DNA of 64,000 bases from Eledone cirrhosa (taxonomy: Eukaryota), in the NCBI GenBank assembly GCA_964016885.1, contig OZ024740.1, forward strand, positions 326,864,001 to 326,928,000. Direction: 5' to 3'. The notes under the pieces are model-generated. The model worked only from the letters and a program-made list of their open reading frames with translations. It was not told the DNA's origin and ran no database searches. This document shows positions 14,693 to 28,485 of this stretch, piece after piece. How positions within the stretch are numbered: position 1 is the first letter of the stretch; each line of letters opens with the position of its first letter. Made by a program: the position numbers and the translations under genes.

Positions 14693-14780
14693 TAGAAAAG
14701 ATGAATATAAAATGAAAGTGCTTTTTTTAAAAATAAATTCCTTTTTTTTAAAAAAAGCACTTTCATTTTATATTCATCTT

Positions 14781-14785
<5 letters not shown>
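14693..14785. repeat. Inverted repeat (arms about 38 bp) abutting (TA)n
   Basis: tagaaaagatgaatataaaatgaaagtgcttttttt pairs with aaaaaaagcactttcattttatattcatcttttcta. Confidence 0.85.
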
Positions 14786-14818
<33 letters not shown>

Positions 14819-14931
14819 GACGGGTTTATGCAATTTCCGTCTACCAAACTCCGCTCGTAACGAATTCAACATATAATAGAAGTCACTAGGGAAAAGTGTC
14901 TCCCGGTGAATCAAAACTTGAAATCAAGTGC

Positions 14932-14992
<61 letters not shown>

Positions 14993-14999
<7 letters not shown>

Positions 15000-15290
15000 A
15001 AAAAAAGATGAAATCGAAAATGCAACTGGAGTCTTATTTTAAAAAAAATATATATATTTATTTGGTTCCTTTACCGGTTTCGCAGTTCTTCTGCTTTTCA
15101 AAAGTAGAGTTGAGATGGAGGGTCTGTAGTTTTTCTCACATCTGTGAGAAAAACTACAGACCCTCCATCTCAACTCTACTTTTGAAAAGCAGAAGAACTG
15201 CGAAACCGGTAAAGGAACCAAATAAATATATATATTTTTTTAAAAATAAGACTCCAGTTGCATTTTCGATTTCATCTTTTTTTCTTTATA
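14993..15290. repeat. Palindrome (arms about 148 bp, 2-nt loop) in (TA)n, with a one-sided tail to about 15350
   Basis: The centre is ttttctcaca-tc-tgtgagaaaa. The ORF track shows the same peptide on both strands. Confidence 0.95.
15179..15214 (+). ncRNA. Minimal hammerhead motif with U3-A8 core (mirror copy at 15069-15104 on the minus strand)
   Basis: CTT-TTGAAAA-GCAG aagaa CTGC-GAAA-CCGG-TA-AAG. Confidence 0.72.
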
Positions 15291-15380
15291 CTTTCATTCG
15301 TATAGGACACCTCGGTTATTTTTCATTTTGTAAAAAAACCCTCACTTTCTAATATATATATATATATAGTTTTAATATAG

Positions 15381-15437
15381 ATGAGATTCTACAGGACTAG
15401 AACTGTTTCATTCTTTAGAAATCATCAGGAATCTCAT
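15381..15437 (-). ncRNA. Hammerhead-like motif closed by a 9-bp inverted repeat, between (TA)n runs
   Basis: The minus strand reads ATGAGATTC-CTGATGA-tTTCT aa AGAAt-GAAA-CAGTTCTAG-TC-ctgta-GAATCTCAT. Confidence 0.6.
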
Positions 15438-15531
15438 ATATATATATATATATATGGAAAGTTATATTTAAATTGTTGGGTTAACATTTATAACTGATAT
15501 AAAAGCACTCAACAAGTATTTGGAGTATATT

Positions 15532-15898
15532 TATGATATTAAATAAATGGAAACTATATTTATAAAACCATATTTATTTCGTTATATATATTTCAGGGAT
15601 ATCATATTAACAATATGTTATGCCTTCTTCAGACAAAATAAAATATAAACAGTCTTATAAATAAATAAATAGATACGACATACCTTTCAATCACCTTTCA
15701 ATAAATAAATAAATAAATAAATAAATGTATCAACCGATACTCAACTTCCTAGTTTCTCTATCTATCTCTATCTATCTCTTTCTTTTTTTTCCTCTCTCTA
15801 TATATATTTCTCTCTGTTTCTTTACATGAAGTTCTTCTCTTTATCTATCTTTCTATATCTCTCTATTTAGTCACATGCATTTCTTCTTTTTCTTCGTT

Positions 15899-15945
<47 letters not shown>

Positions 15946-16170
15946 CTCTTTCTTTTTACAACTGTCCACAATATTTTTTACTGCCAAATCAACCTCCCAA
16001 ATGCAAGGTGATTGAAAGGTATGTCGTATCTATTTATTTATTTATAAGACTGTTTATATTGTATTTTGTCTGAAGAAGGCATAACATATTGTTAATATGA
16101 TATCCCTGAAATATATATAACGAAATAAATATGGTTTTATAAATATAGTTTCCATTTATTTAATATCATA
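15532..16170. repeat. Inverted repeat with arms 15532-15697 and 16005-16170 (about 166 bp) around a CT-rich spacer of about 307 bp
   Basis: tatgatattaaataaatgg...tacctttcaatcacctt is mirrored by aaggtgattgaaaggta...ccatttatttaatatcata. Confidence 0.92.
16062..16127 (+). ncRNA. Hammerhead motif (mirror copy at 15575-15640 on the minus strand)
   Basis: TATTTTGT-CTGAAGA-AGG...CCT-GAAA-TATATA-TA-ACGAAATA. Helix I has 8 bp including one G-U pair. Confidence 0.78.
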
Positions 16171-16209
16171 TATATATATATATATATATTTTGATTATAT
16201 GTTGGTTCG

Positions 16210-16253
16210 ACCGAGCTGAAGATCCACTTTAAGGTGAAACATTTGTTCTCGGT
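16210..16253 (+). ncRNA. Minimal hammerhead motif
   Basis: ACCGAG-CTGAAGA-tCC actttaa GGt-GAAA-CA tt TG-TT-CTCGGT, with a 6-bp helix I. Confidence 0.78.
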
Positions 16254-16954
16254 AAGGTGAACTAACTGTTGTGGAAGTACTTCTACCAAACTCGCCCCAT
16301 AGAGTGAGTGGTCTACTACTACGGATATAACCCTCCAGTGTCCTACTATTATATATATATATATTTATATAGGACAAAAAGAACAACAACAACAAAAAGC
16401 AAAACAAAGATTACCAGGTAACTTACTTTTCGTTACCTCACCTTACAGTCCATTTTGCATTGTATAGCCTTCAATCTCTTTCAACGTCATATAATATATC
16501 GTATTTAACGGGTTATAGGACGCACCTTTTTCCAAGAATGTCCCAGAAAATCACCCTGCATCTTATTAGGTCAAGGGTCAGTTTAGGTTACTGGCTAGTG
16601 GAGTTTTAGTGCTGTAGTGGTCCTTAATTTAAACCGCAAATGTAAAAATGTGGCGATCACTTCTATACAAACAATGGCAACTTTTTTCCCCAAAAACTAA
16701 AATTTTATTAAATTTTATGATTAATAAAATAAATTTATTTTCTCTTTCTCGTGTTTTTTAAAAAGTACTAAAATATTACAAGTAAAATTACAATGTAGAA
16801 TGATAATAAAAAAAATATTTTAAACCCTTCACCTGACATTCGTAGTTTAAACCCATTTATTTATTTATTTAATTATTTTAAATGCATTTCAGTTTCCCTC
16901 AAATGTTATGGCGACCAGATAAATTAGCACAACATACTCTGTAGATCATTTAAT

Positions 16955-17302
16955 CATAATGGCTTCTGATTTAGATAGAAGGCAAACTATTTTGGGGAGG
17001 GGAATGTTGATTAACTCTACCCCAGTGCATTACTGGTTCTTTATTTTATCGACCACGAAAGGATGAAAGTTGACATGGGCGGGGTTTGAAGTGAGAGGGT
17101 AGAGTAGCGGAACGGATACCGCAAAGCATTCTATCCAACGTTCTAACCACTCTGCCAATTCGCCGCATAATAATAATTGTTCCTACTTTTGGCACAAGGC
17201 CAGCAATTATCCCAGTGCAATACTCAGACGGTGTAAGGAGCGTAACTCTACGCTGCAAAGCATGGCGTCCGACCCTCTACCGATACTGCCAATCCACCGC
17301 CC
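16955..17302 (-). mobile_element. Two tandem tRNA-derived SINE copies, the second internally deleted
   Basis: Both share the motifs ggcacaaggccagcaatt, ttttatcgacc and ctgccaatccaccgcc with other copies. Confidence 0.75.
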
Positions 17303-17648
17303 TTAATCATCATAATCGCTTAATAATAATAATAATAATTAACAAGCAACAAACACATAACCATCATATTCAATGGCATCCCCAGGATCCACCAAGAAAA
17401 TAAAAATTAATTTAAAATTAACCAAAACCCGAAATAATCACTTCGCAAACTTAGTAAAAAAAAAACATAATTAACAATGAATAATTAAATTTAGAACCAG
17501 AAATAAAACGAATTTAACTAAACCAACTTTCAGATCTCGAGTACACTGCCCAATATACGTTAACACCCACCATTCAATCCAAGAACTTTAAAATGGACTA
17601 TTTAAATAAGAATTAAAAACTAAATTGTACAAACAGAACTAAATTAAT

Positions 17649-17823
17649 TTTAGTCGATTAAATCGAACACAGTACGTTACTGGTATTTTATTTTATCGAC
17701 TCCATAAGGATGAAAGGCAAAGCTATCCTCGGCGGGATTTGAACTCAGGACGTAAAGGGCCGTAACTATATGCTGTAAACCATGTTATCCGATGCTCTAT
17801 CGTTACTACCTATCTACAGCCAT
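17649..17823 (-). mobile_element. SINE flanked by a 15-bp direct repeat (likely target-site duplication)
   Basis: cagaactaaattaat occurs at 17634-17648 and 17824-17838. The body contains ggatgaaaggcaaag and cggcgggatttgaactcag. Confidence 0.8.
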
Positions 17824-18042
17824 CAGAACTAAATTAATAATAAAATATTGAACCTGAATCCGTCTAACATTCAACTACCAATCTGCCTCAAGCTAAACAC
17901 ATATCTATGACTCGCAACGACAGTCGTCGAAAAGAACTTCTGATAACTTATTTGCTCCGAAGATCTACTTCCCTTATACATTTCACACATTCGAACATGC
18001 TTTAAGCTGCTCATAAGCACAACACCCATATATAACACTTAA

Positions 18043-18438
18043 ATAATTGTTTCTACGTTAGGCACAAGGCCAGCAATTACCTAGTGCATTACTGGTACTT
18101 TATTTTATCGACCTCGTAAGGATGAAAGGCAAAGTTAACCTCGGCGGGATTTGAACTCAGACTGTAAAGGGACGTAACTCTATGCGTCAAAGCATGGCGT
18201 CCGACCCTCTACCGATACTGCCAATCCACCGCCTAATATATGACTAAATAATTGTTTCTACTTTTTGGCACAAGGCCAGCAATTACCTAGTGCATTACTG
18301 GTACTTTATTTTATCGACCCCGTAAGGATGAAAGGCAAAGTTAACCTCGGTGGGATTTGAACTCAGACTGTAAAGGGACGTAACTATGCTAGAAAGTATG
18401 GCGTCCAACCCTCTACCGATACTGCCAATTCACCGCCC
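18043..18438 (-). mobile_element. Two tandem tRNA-derived SINEs with a Nin-like central domain
   Basis: The minus strand shows a pol III A-box (tggcagtatcgg) and B-box (gttcaaatcc), the central gcctttcatccttacggggtcgataaaat, and the tail ggccttgtgcc...gaaacaatta. Confidence 0.88.
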
Positions 18439-18732
18439 TGACTAAATAATGAACCATAGTTATCTCCCCTAACTTATCCAACATCACATAATCATCGAAA
18501 CCTAAAACTTTAAACCTTATATCATAGTTATACAAACCCACATGTATCAAACGTTATATCAAACCTATACCAACCCATAAATATATACATACATAGATAC
18601 ATACACACACACACACACACACACGTATATATATAAATATGTGTGTGCGTATGTACATGCATATTTATATATATGCATGTATATATACACACACATATTT
18701 ATATATATATATTTATACATATACATATATAC

Positions 18733-18778
<46 letters not shown>

Positions 18779-18923
18779 GTATATAAAACCATATTTATTT
18801 CATTATACATATTTCAATTTGTATATACGTTTCAATTTGTATATACGTATATATGTATGTATATATATATATGTGTGTGTGTACATATATATATTCAAAT
18901 ATATCTATATGTATATTTTGTGC

Positions 18924-18988
<65 letters not shown>

Positions 18989-18989
<1 letters not shown>

Positions 18990-19225
18990 CGAAGTAAGTG
19001 TGGTAAGGAACCAGATGGACCATAACGCAACAGAGTACTCAATACTTAGGGTAGTAGAGTGGGTAATAGGAAAATGTTCAAGACCCTGATGGCAGAGCTC
19101 AAGCTGTTTCGACGGTTATTTCTGGACTAAATTAGAATTTTTTCTAATTTAGAAAAAATTCTAATTTAGTCCTGAAATAGCCGTCGAAACGGCTTGAGCT
19201 CTGCTGTCGGGGTCTTGAACATTTT

Positions 19226-19230
<5 letters not shown>
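18989..19230. repeat. Fold-back element: diverged inverted repeat at 19066-19230 plus tail, between (TA)n tracts; same family as 31603-31785
   Basis: ataggaaaatgttcaagacc pairs with ggtcttgaacattttcctat. A half-hammerhead TAGCCGTC-GAAA-CGGC-TT-GAGC is present. Confidence 0.88.
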
Positions 19231-19324
<94 letters not shown>

Positions 19325-19480
19325 TTACATACATATGTGTGTATGTACGTAAGTTCGTTTGTATGTTAGAACAACAATTTCATAATAGCAGCTTTCAATA
19401 CTCCAGATAATATATTTCAAAGCGAACTATTCTAACCAAACTTCTGTAAATAATGTCAATTATCTAGAAAAAGAACACCA

Positions 19481-19562
19481 GCTACTACTACTACTACTAC
19501 TACTAATACTACTACTTCTACTACTACTACTGCTGCTACTACTACTACTACTACTACTACTG

Positions 19563-19624
<62 letters not shown>

Positions 19625-19636
19625 GCTACTACTACT

Positions 19637-19731
<95 letters not shown>

Positions 19732-19849
19732 TACTACTACTGCTGCTGCTACTACTACTACTGCTACTACTACTACCACTACTACTACTACTACTTCTAC
19801 TACTACTACTACTACTAGTACTGCTACTGCTACTACTACTACCACCACC

Positions 19850-19899
<50 letters not shown>

Positions 19900-19906
19900 A
19901 ACTACT

Positions 19907-19940
<34 letters not shown>

Positions 19941-19967
19941 CTACTACTACTACTACTGCTACTACTG

Positions 19968-20028
<61 letters not shown>

Positions 20029-20045
20029 CATTACAACTACTGCTG
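19481..20045. repeat. Compound (ACT/ACA/GCT/ACC)n trinucleotide microsatellite
   Basis: Direct inspection. It explains the poly-Val pseudo-ORF. Confidence 0.95.
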
Positions 20046-20208
20046 TTGCTACTATTATACTAATGTAAAGAGGAGGAGATGGAAGGGAGGTAGAATAAAG
20101 ATGATCTAGTTACTGTACTGCTGAGTTGGGTGGCTGATCATCGATTGCTTTTAGAACAAACAATTTCAGATAGCAAGAAAGTTTAACATCCAGAATGAGA
20201 GAGGAACG

Positions 20209-20283
<75 letters not shown>

Positions 20284-20805
20284 AGAGAGAGAGTAAAAAG
20301 AAACTACATATTTTGAAAAAAAAATCAAAACAATGATAAAATAGATAAATTCCTCCATTATGTGTGTAAAGACAAAAAAAAAATTTTAGGAAAAAATTGC
20401 TGAAAGTAGGCGATGCTCCAGCATGGCTTTGGCCGTGATGTGTAAAACAAACTAAAGAACTATGGAACATACATACATATATACACATACATACACTTAT
20501 ACATACGACAAAGCTCAACCATATGCATACATACACACAAGCACACATACACACATATATATATATGTATATATATATATATGTATATATGTATATATAT
20601 AACAAACACACACACACACATATGTATGTATATATATGACATACACACACACACATACACATACACCCACACACACACATATGCATACATACATACATAC
20701 ACACAAACACACACACACATATATATATGTATATATATAACATACACAAACACACACATATGCATACATATGCATACATACATGCACACAAACACACACA
20801 CACAC

Positions 20806-20837
<32 letters not shown>

Positions 20838-20873
20838 GTATACATAACATACACACACAGACATATATATGTG

Positions 20874-20906
<33 letters not shown>

Positions 20907-21470
20907 GTATATATAACACACACATATACTGTATATTCATGTTTGAGTTGTTACATGAATAGATTTATAAATAAAGTCTTTACACTCACATATTCATACA
21001 CACACACACACTCACAGACACACACATACACACACATACACATACCCCCCCCACACACATATATATATATATACATACACATATACACAAACAATAAATC
21101 TTGACAAATAAGCGCTCTTTATCATTGATCGATTCCCATATCATGATTAAACGTTTGTAGAATCATTTGCTGCATTTCATCATCTTTGCGATTCAATGTA
21201 TTATTGATTCCTGCGCAGGACAAAATAGCTTCTTCTAAAGTGGGTCTCTGAAAGCAAATCAGGCTAAATGGCTGGGTCAAAGATCTAGAACTCCAAAAAA
21301 GAAATATGGAATTGTAATTTGAACTTTTATTTAAAACTGCGAAAAAAAGATGCATGATGTTAATAGCAAAACTTGAATACATCGCTCATATATATATGTG
21401 TGTATATCTGTATGTAGTGTAGTTGACGGCTGAGAGAAAGGAGTACTCAATACCGAAGTAGGGTATTAAT

Positions 21471-21631
21471 ATTTATTTTGTTAAGGCTAAATAGTGAGTC
21501 TTGTTACTCTGGAGTTTCGCCAGTTTATCACAGAGTAATCAGACAAGAACTGTTCTTGTCTGATGACCCTGTGATAAACAGACGAAACTCCAGAGTAACA
21601 AGACTCACTATTTAACCTTAATAAAATGAAT
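21471..21631. repeat. Diverged palindrome centred at 21551 with mirrored hammerheads
   Basis: The centre is gacaagaac-t-gttcttgtc. The arms differ at several positions. Confidence 0.9.
21554..21603 (+). ncRNA. Hammerhead motif (more degenerate mirror copy at 21499-21548 on the minus strand)
   Basis: TCTTGT-CTGATGA-ccCTGT gataa ACAGac-GAAA-CTC ca GAG-TA-ACAAGA. Confidence 0.75.
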
Positions 21632-21646
21632 GTATATACATATATA

Positions 21647-21921
21647 CGTGGCCTAGTAGTAAGAGTGTTGGACTTACGATCATAATGTCGTGGGTTCGAT
21701 TCCTGGGCTGCGTGTTGTGTTCTTGAGCAAAACACTTCATTTCACGTTGCTCCAGTATACTCAGCTGAAAATGAGTACCAGCAATAGCTGGAGGTTTAAC
21801 CCCGCGATGGACTGGCGTCCTGTCCAGAGGCGAGTCTTGTACTCTCAGTCGCTTCACGTCATGGAACATGAAACCGGGATAAGCATGGGCCAAATGAGCC
21901 TTCTGGCTTAAGACAGACTTT
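21647..21921 (+). mobile_element. tRNA-derived SINE of a second family, with CORE-like and V-like segments
   Basis: A-box tggcctagtagt, B-box ggttcgattcc, then gtgttcttgagcaaaacactt and ccgcgatggactggcgtcctgtccag. Confidence 0.75.
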
Positions 21922-22730
21922 AGACATTTTTTTTTTAGAATGCACTGGGTATTTACTGGCCTTGTGTCAAAAGTAGAAACAATTATAACAACTAGTCATA
22001 ATCGGTCAATTCTACAAGCAGAAGTTTTGTAGTTTTATCCTCTCTTCTTCCTCTATTATATTCATCGTATCACACGAACTTCTCGTGGATTATAACTGCC
22101 AACATCACATCTTTTAAAACTTGCTAAATTATGACTCAATTAAAAGAGAGATGTGGTTGAAAGAAATGTCTAGTTTAAATATCGATGCATTTGCAGGTAA
22201 GTTTGAAGTATTACACACCGATTATAAGTTTTGAATAACAAGTCAACGAGGGAAGTTCTATGGTGTTACTTGGCCAACTGGAAATAGAAGCCAAAACGCA
22301 CTCACATCGTCTTGTAAAAAATGAGTCAATCATCACACTATCAAACTAGGTGCCAGGATGTAGTATGGTGACATGTAATGCCTTTGGAAAGAAACATAAG
22401 CATTGGTGAATATAGGAAAACATTCGATGAAATTTTAAATGTTTTTTTTTTATTTTTTTACTTGTTTCATTAATTGGCCTGTGACCATGATGTAACACTG
22501 CCTGCAAGGTTTTAGTCGATTATACCAACCATAGAATATATTTTAAAGTCTAGCACTTATTTAAGTATAGCACTTATTTAATCGTTGTCGAACCACCAAG
22601 CTGCGTAAAAAACAAACAGTGCTGCTCATGTTACACGGCGTAAATGTGAACACACACACGTAATACCTACATTCTACTTTCTTAAGTATCGAGTATTAAG
22701 TTGAACTATGGGCTTACTTGTTTAAAGTAG

Positions 22731-22782
<52 letters not shown>

Positions 22783-22915
22783 GTAATAATAATAAATTTG
22801 AAGACTAAAATCCAAAGAGGGTTCGATAAGGATAAATATATAAGAACCGTAGAGCAAATATTTATTAAAATAACAGATTAAAGTTTAAGCAAAGAATGGC
22901 TTTTAATATATATAA

Positions 22916-23018
<103 letters not shown>

Positions 23019-23109
23019 ATATATTGTTATACTTGGGGGAGGGTCATATTTGTGTAATAATTGTTTCTATTTTATTGTGTAATAATATTGCCAGAATTAA
23101 TTACAGAAC

Positions 23110-23221
<112 letters not shown>

Positions 23222-23227
23222 GTGCCA

Positions 23228-23372
23228 GACTTCCGTCGACCAACATTGACTCACAAGCGATTAGTGAAACTGAGGGTAGGGTAAAAGACACATAAAATGT
23301 CACGAAGTAGGATCAAACCTGAACCAAAGTGGTGTCGAAGCTAGCTTTTAATTTGACATACATGCTTACCAC
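23228..23372 (-). mobile_element. Degenerate SINE of a third family next to (CA)n; related fragment at about 14820-14925
   Basis: ttccgtcgaccaacattgactcacaag resembles ttccgtctaccaaactccgctc at about 14835. A remnant of a tRNA-like head is present. Confidence 0.5.
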
Positions 23373-24070
23373 TGTAAATTGGTTTCTTAGGTAAGACGAA
23401 TAAATTCGATTTATGGTAAATTTGGATTTATGGGAAAAAGAAGAAATTACGATTGTATGGAAATGTGTGGCATTTTCAGGTGCAATCACGACAAAACTAA
23501 AGTGGCGTACTAAGTCACAAGCTTTGATCATTTCTTTGTGATTGTTTAGCCGAAATCAGCCGTGATTGAGTATAACTATGAAGAAAGTCATTTCAGCCGC
23601 GACCATCTCCTCGTTGCGTGCATTATAGTTTACATTCTACAATTTGACCCTCTATTTTGAGGGATTTGAGATATATTTGGCTGTTATTTCTAGCAGTTCA
23701 AGCGAGGACTTAGCGGCTGCCTCATTGGCTCATTTCGTTTTATGCAACTATTAGAGAGAAAAGGAAGAAACCAGACTCCCTAAAAAAAAACATTAAAATA
23801 TAATACAAAAAAGGAAACAAACCCAGAATCAAACACATCATATCAGACGTTATTGTATAAGAACTATCGTAATATTTATGAAACTTCAAAACATGTAACA
23901 AGATAATAGATAGCCATTAGTATCATTGCAGAAAGGAAAGCTGACCAGGGAATATTTTCATAGAAGTGCAATGGAATCGAAAGATAACTTAGGAACTTAT
24001 TCAACAAAAATTATCTATAAGATTTATACATACTTATGTATGTATATATATACATATGTATATATATATA

Positions 24071-24174
<104 letters not shown>

Positions 24175-24196
24175 ATACTTTGGGAGGGTCATGTTG

Positions 24197-24279
<83 letters not shown>

Positions 24280-24312
24280 ATACATATATATATATATACA
24301 TACATATGTATA

Positions 24313-24424
<112 letters not shown>

Positions 24425-24514
24425 CACACATATATATATATATGCATACACACATATATATATATATGCATATATATATATATGCATATATATATATACA
24501 TGCATATATATGTA

Positions 24515-24572
<58 letters not shown>

Positions 24573-24623
24573 TATATACATGTATATATATATACATATG
24601 AAGAAGAAAGAAGTATATATATA

Positions 24624-24693
<70 letters not shown>

Positions 24694-24798
24694 AATACAT
24701 ATATATATACTTCTTTCTTCTTCATATGTATATATACACACATATATATGCATACACACACACATGTATAAATATATATATATATATATGTATGTATG

Positions 24799-24850
<52 letters not shown>

Positions 24851-25217
24851 GTATTCAATAGAAAGATCTATAGCGACATCTTTTTGTTTCCCAGCGAGAG
24901 TCAACATTAATAAGCCAAGCAGAAAGTAATGTAGAGCAAAGGAGAGAGATGGGTGTATGGAAAAGCACTGAGATTTAAGACGATTCACCTAATCGAAATC
25001 AATCACGTTGTTGCTGTGTAGCCCTAGGTCAGTATTGAAATCCTGTTAAAGACAGAACAGAGTTGGGTTAATATTTTTATTTCTGATACATTATGCTATC
25101 ATATTCGTAGATAAAACATAGACAGTTTGCACAAAGGTTTCTCAGAATCGAAGCGTGTTTAAAGAAGTTTTTGTATTTCTGGTATCTGACTATTAGTCAA
25201 GAAGGGTAGACAGTTAA

Positions 25218-25400
25218 AATAATTGTTTCTACGTTTGGCACAAGACCAGCAATTACCCCACTGCATTACTGGTACTTTATTTTATCGACCCCCGTAAGGA
25301 TGAAAAGCAAAGTTAACCTCGGTGGGATTTGAACTCAGAGCGTAAAGGGACATAACTCTATCTGCAAAACATGGTGTCTGACGCTCTACCGATACCTCCA
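25218..25400 (-). mobile_element. tRNA-derived SINE of the main family
   Basis: Nearly identical to the copy at 18247-18438. Confidence 0.85.
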
Positions 25401-26315
25401 AATGTTTCCGGCTCAGCAATATTTCTTTGCCCAATATATAATTAACTCTTATTGACTCTACCCATTTAACTTTAAACAGGGGGCATATGTAGGGGGCATG
25501 AGTAGTTACAGGCATGAGTAGTTATAGGAAGTGCGTGTTGCTTTAGGTCGAGACCGATTGCACTAATTGGGTCCACATTATCCTCGTTTTCATCATTTTA
25601 ATTTCGTGGTTGAAAGATAGTGTGAGAGATGTAATGTGTTCAGTGGATTGTCGGATACATAGATTATAGGGATCTATCTATACCTAACAAATGCACTGCC
25701 TTCATCCATCTGTGTTTGGAAAGCCGACGTTAAGGATTTAGATGTTACGTTTATTATCAAGAAATACCATCTAAATACTCAAAATTCTATATTGTCCACC
25801 CAATTTCCGATCACCCACCCAACAGTTGAAATTGCCCACCAGTGGGTCACATCGCCCAGGCTGGGAAACTCTGTTGTCAACAAATAAGTTGAATGTCTTT
25901 GATCATTGGTCATTGAACAATTGCAACACACTACAACAACATGTTAGAAATATAGTAGAGAACATATCCATACTATAAAGAATTCCCTAAATAAATAAAC
26001 GACTAATGATGGAAGCATTACTCATAAAAAATCACCATGCTGAAGCTAACAGACAAAGTACATTCGTCACAAACAAATTAACCACACGACTAATGATGTA
26101 TCAAGCTTACAGTAAAATTTCAAATTCCGATGATAAGATCTCCACAAATCTTATTCGCCTAGTATAAAAGAGGCAGTTACACAGACAACAATTTCACACC
26201 TTAACGATGACACTGTAACAATGTAGAAACGTTGTGAGTGGATTTATTGTTCCAAACGAACTTTAAGGTATTCATATGTCGAAAGGAAAAGCTTTCTACG
26301 ATATAATCAAACACG

Positions 26316-26431
<116 letters not shown>

Positions 26432-26905
26432 CGCGCGCAAATGTCTATGTAGAATTTACATATGATGAGTCTAAAGATTGGAGGACTCAATCAGTCAATA
26501 TTCTATCGATCCCAGCCGACATAATATGAAATTCTAAACTTATGAAATATATTTTTCCCTGATATATCGGGTTACTCGATCATCACGTGAACATTTTGTC
26601 TGTCTGTCTCGGGTAAATCGATGTAACCATGCAATGTAGGGCAAATATCTGTACCTAATGTACATAGAAATTAGTGTATCTAGAGTATTTAAGTCAAATC
26701 ATTGTATCTAATATATTAAGGACAAATTAGTATGTATTGTAAATCTAATGTAATCCAGGAACATTTATATTAAAGGAAGTGTTTCTGTGGTGTAAAATGT
26801 TTTTGACGCTGGAAAAGGGATAGTAAGAAAGGGAATGAGAAAGGGAGAGAGATAAAGATAGATAGAAAGATAGATAGATAGGAAGATAGATAGATAGATA
26901 GAGAA

Positions 26906-27025
<120 letters not shown>

Positions 27026-27562
27026 GTAGAGAAGGAGAGAGACTGCCATTCTGTGCTGCCTTTTTTAATTTTCATTAATGTTTTTGTTTTTTATTATTTT
27101 AATTTAAACCACTTATTGCTGCGAATCTACATTTTCCAATCCAACAAAAATCAAGATGCCTTTGAGATCACGAATGGTAGATGCCTATCTAGAGGTTCAG
27201 TTGAAACATTGGACCTCCATCTTGCAACCAAATATCAAAATGCTTTCCTACAACAAGCAGTTACAACAAAGTCATTAAAAGGTAGTTAGCTTTTTTTCGT
27301 TTTTTGTTCAGATAATTAGTACATAGTAATTAGAATTTTACAAAATGATGTAGATTCTAAGAATATATAATTATGTTTTCTTGAATGCGACCTTATTATG
27401 TTACAAGCAACGTAATGCAGCGTTTCAACACGAAAAAGGCTCCCCGCCTCTGGAATAAGCAAATAAAAATGAAAGAGAAATAATAAATAAACGAATAAAT
27501 AATTAAAAATAAGTAAATGGATGAATGACTGCATAAATTGGTAGCTATATAGAGTGTTAAGT

Positions 27563-27748
27563 CAGACCTGCCAACCTCTAAAGTAGAGTACCATGAAAAA
27601 AAGTGCCCAAACACGGGGAGAAATGAGGCAAAATGGTGAGATTTTACAAAATGAAAGTTATACTCATTTTCACAAGAGAAGACATCTCTCACCAACTTCA
27701 AATTGGATGGTAGATCTCCCCATCGGAGGGGGAAAGTTGACAGGTCTG
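27563..27748. mobile_element. Possible MITE with 13-bp terminal inverted repeats
   Basis: cagacctgccaac and gttgacaggtctg match at 12 of 13 positions. No clear target-site duplication. Confidence 0.45.
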
Positions 27749-28485
27749 CTAAGTTAATGCAGAGGTTCAAGGAGTAGCACAAAATGATTTGAATTTGGAG
27801 GTGGCCTCAAAGTTATACGGCTTGATGTGTAAAGTAACTGGTTGGCAGGGCGTAGATGGGTGACCTTACACTTGCATAAGTTGTAGCACTATTTTGAAAG
27901 CACCCCGTAACACTGATAATGTTTTGCTCTTCTTGAAACCTACGAATGGAATTTGTACAATCTATGGCTAACAAATTCATGCATTTATGCATGAATTTAT
28001 TCATTTTAATTTTCATTATTCATTTATTTACATATAAATTATTCAACCAGTTTATTGACCAATTCAGGAAATGTTTATCCATCAGTTTTACCTTATACAT
28101 AACATTTTATATGATAATCATCCGAATTACCTTATCCATTTATATATTAAAATCTGGACGTTGACTTAAGGAATAATAGTTAATTTGGTTTATATATGTA
28201 TTGTCAGAGGATATATATATATATATACATATATATGTGTTATGTAGATAGATATATATGTGTGCATATATATGTATATATATATGTGTGTGTGCGTATA
28301 TATGCGTGCATGTATTAAATTGTGAATTATGAAGTCTCATTTAAACTTACTACAGAGTTTAAATGAGACTTAAATATGTATATAAATATACACATTGAGT
28401 ATATAGAGATGTCGTTTTACTTCTGACAATTATATTTTATTAATATATATGTATACATACACACCCCATATATATATATATATAT

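Noticed and set aside
16500-16575. Sequence resembling a pogo/mariner-type terminal repeat
   Set aside because: No partner inverted end was found nearby.
19456-20031. 191-aa poly-valine ORF
   Set aside because: Trinucleotide microsatellite.
28332-28371. 16-bp hairpin aagtctcatttaaact/agtttaaatgagactt
   Set aside because: No ribozyme core or family match is visible, and it is too short to interpret.
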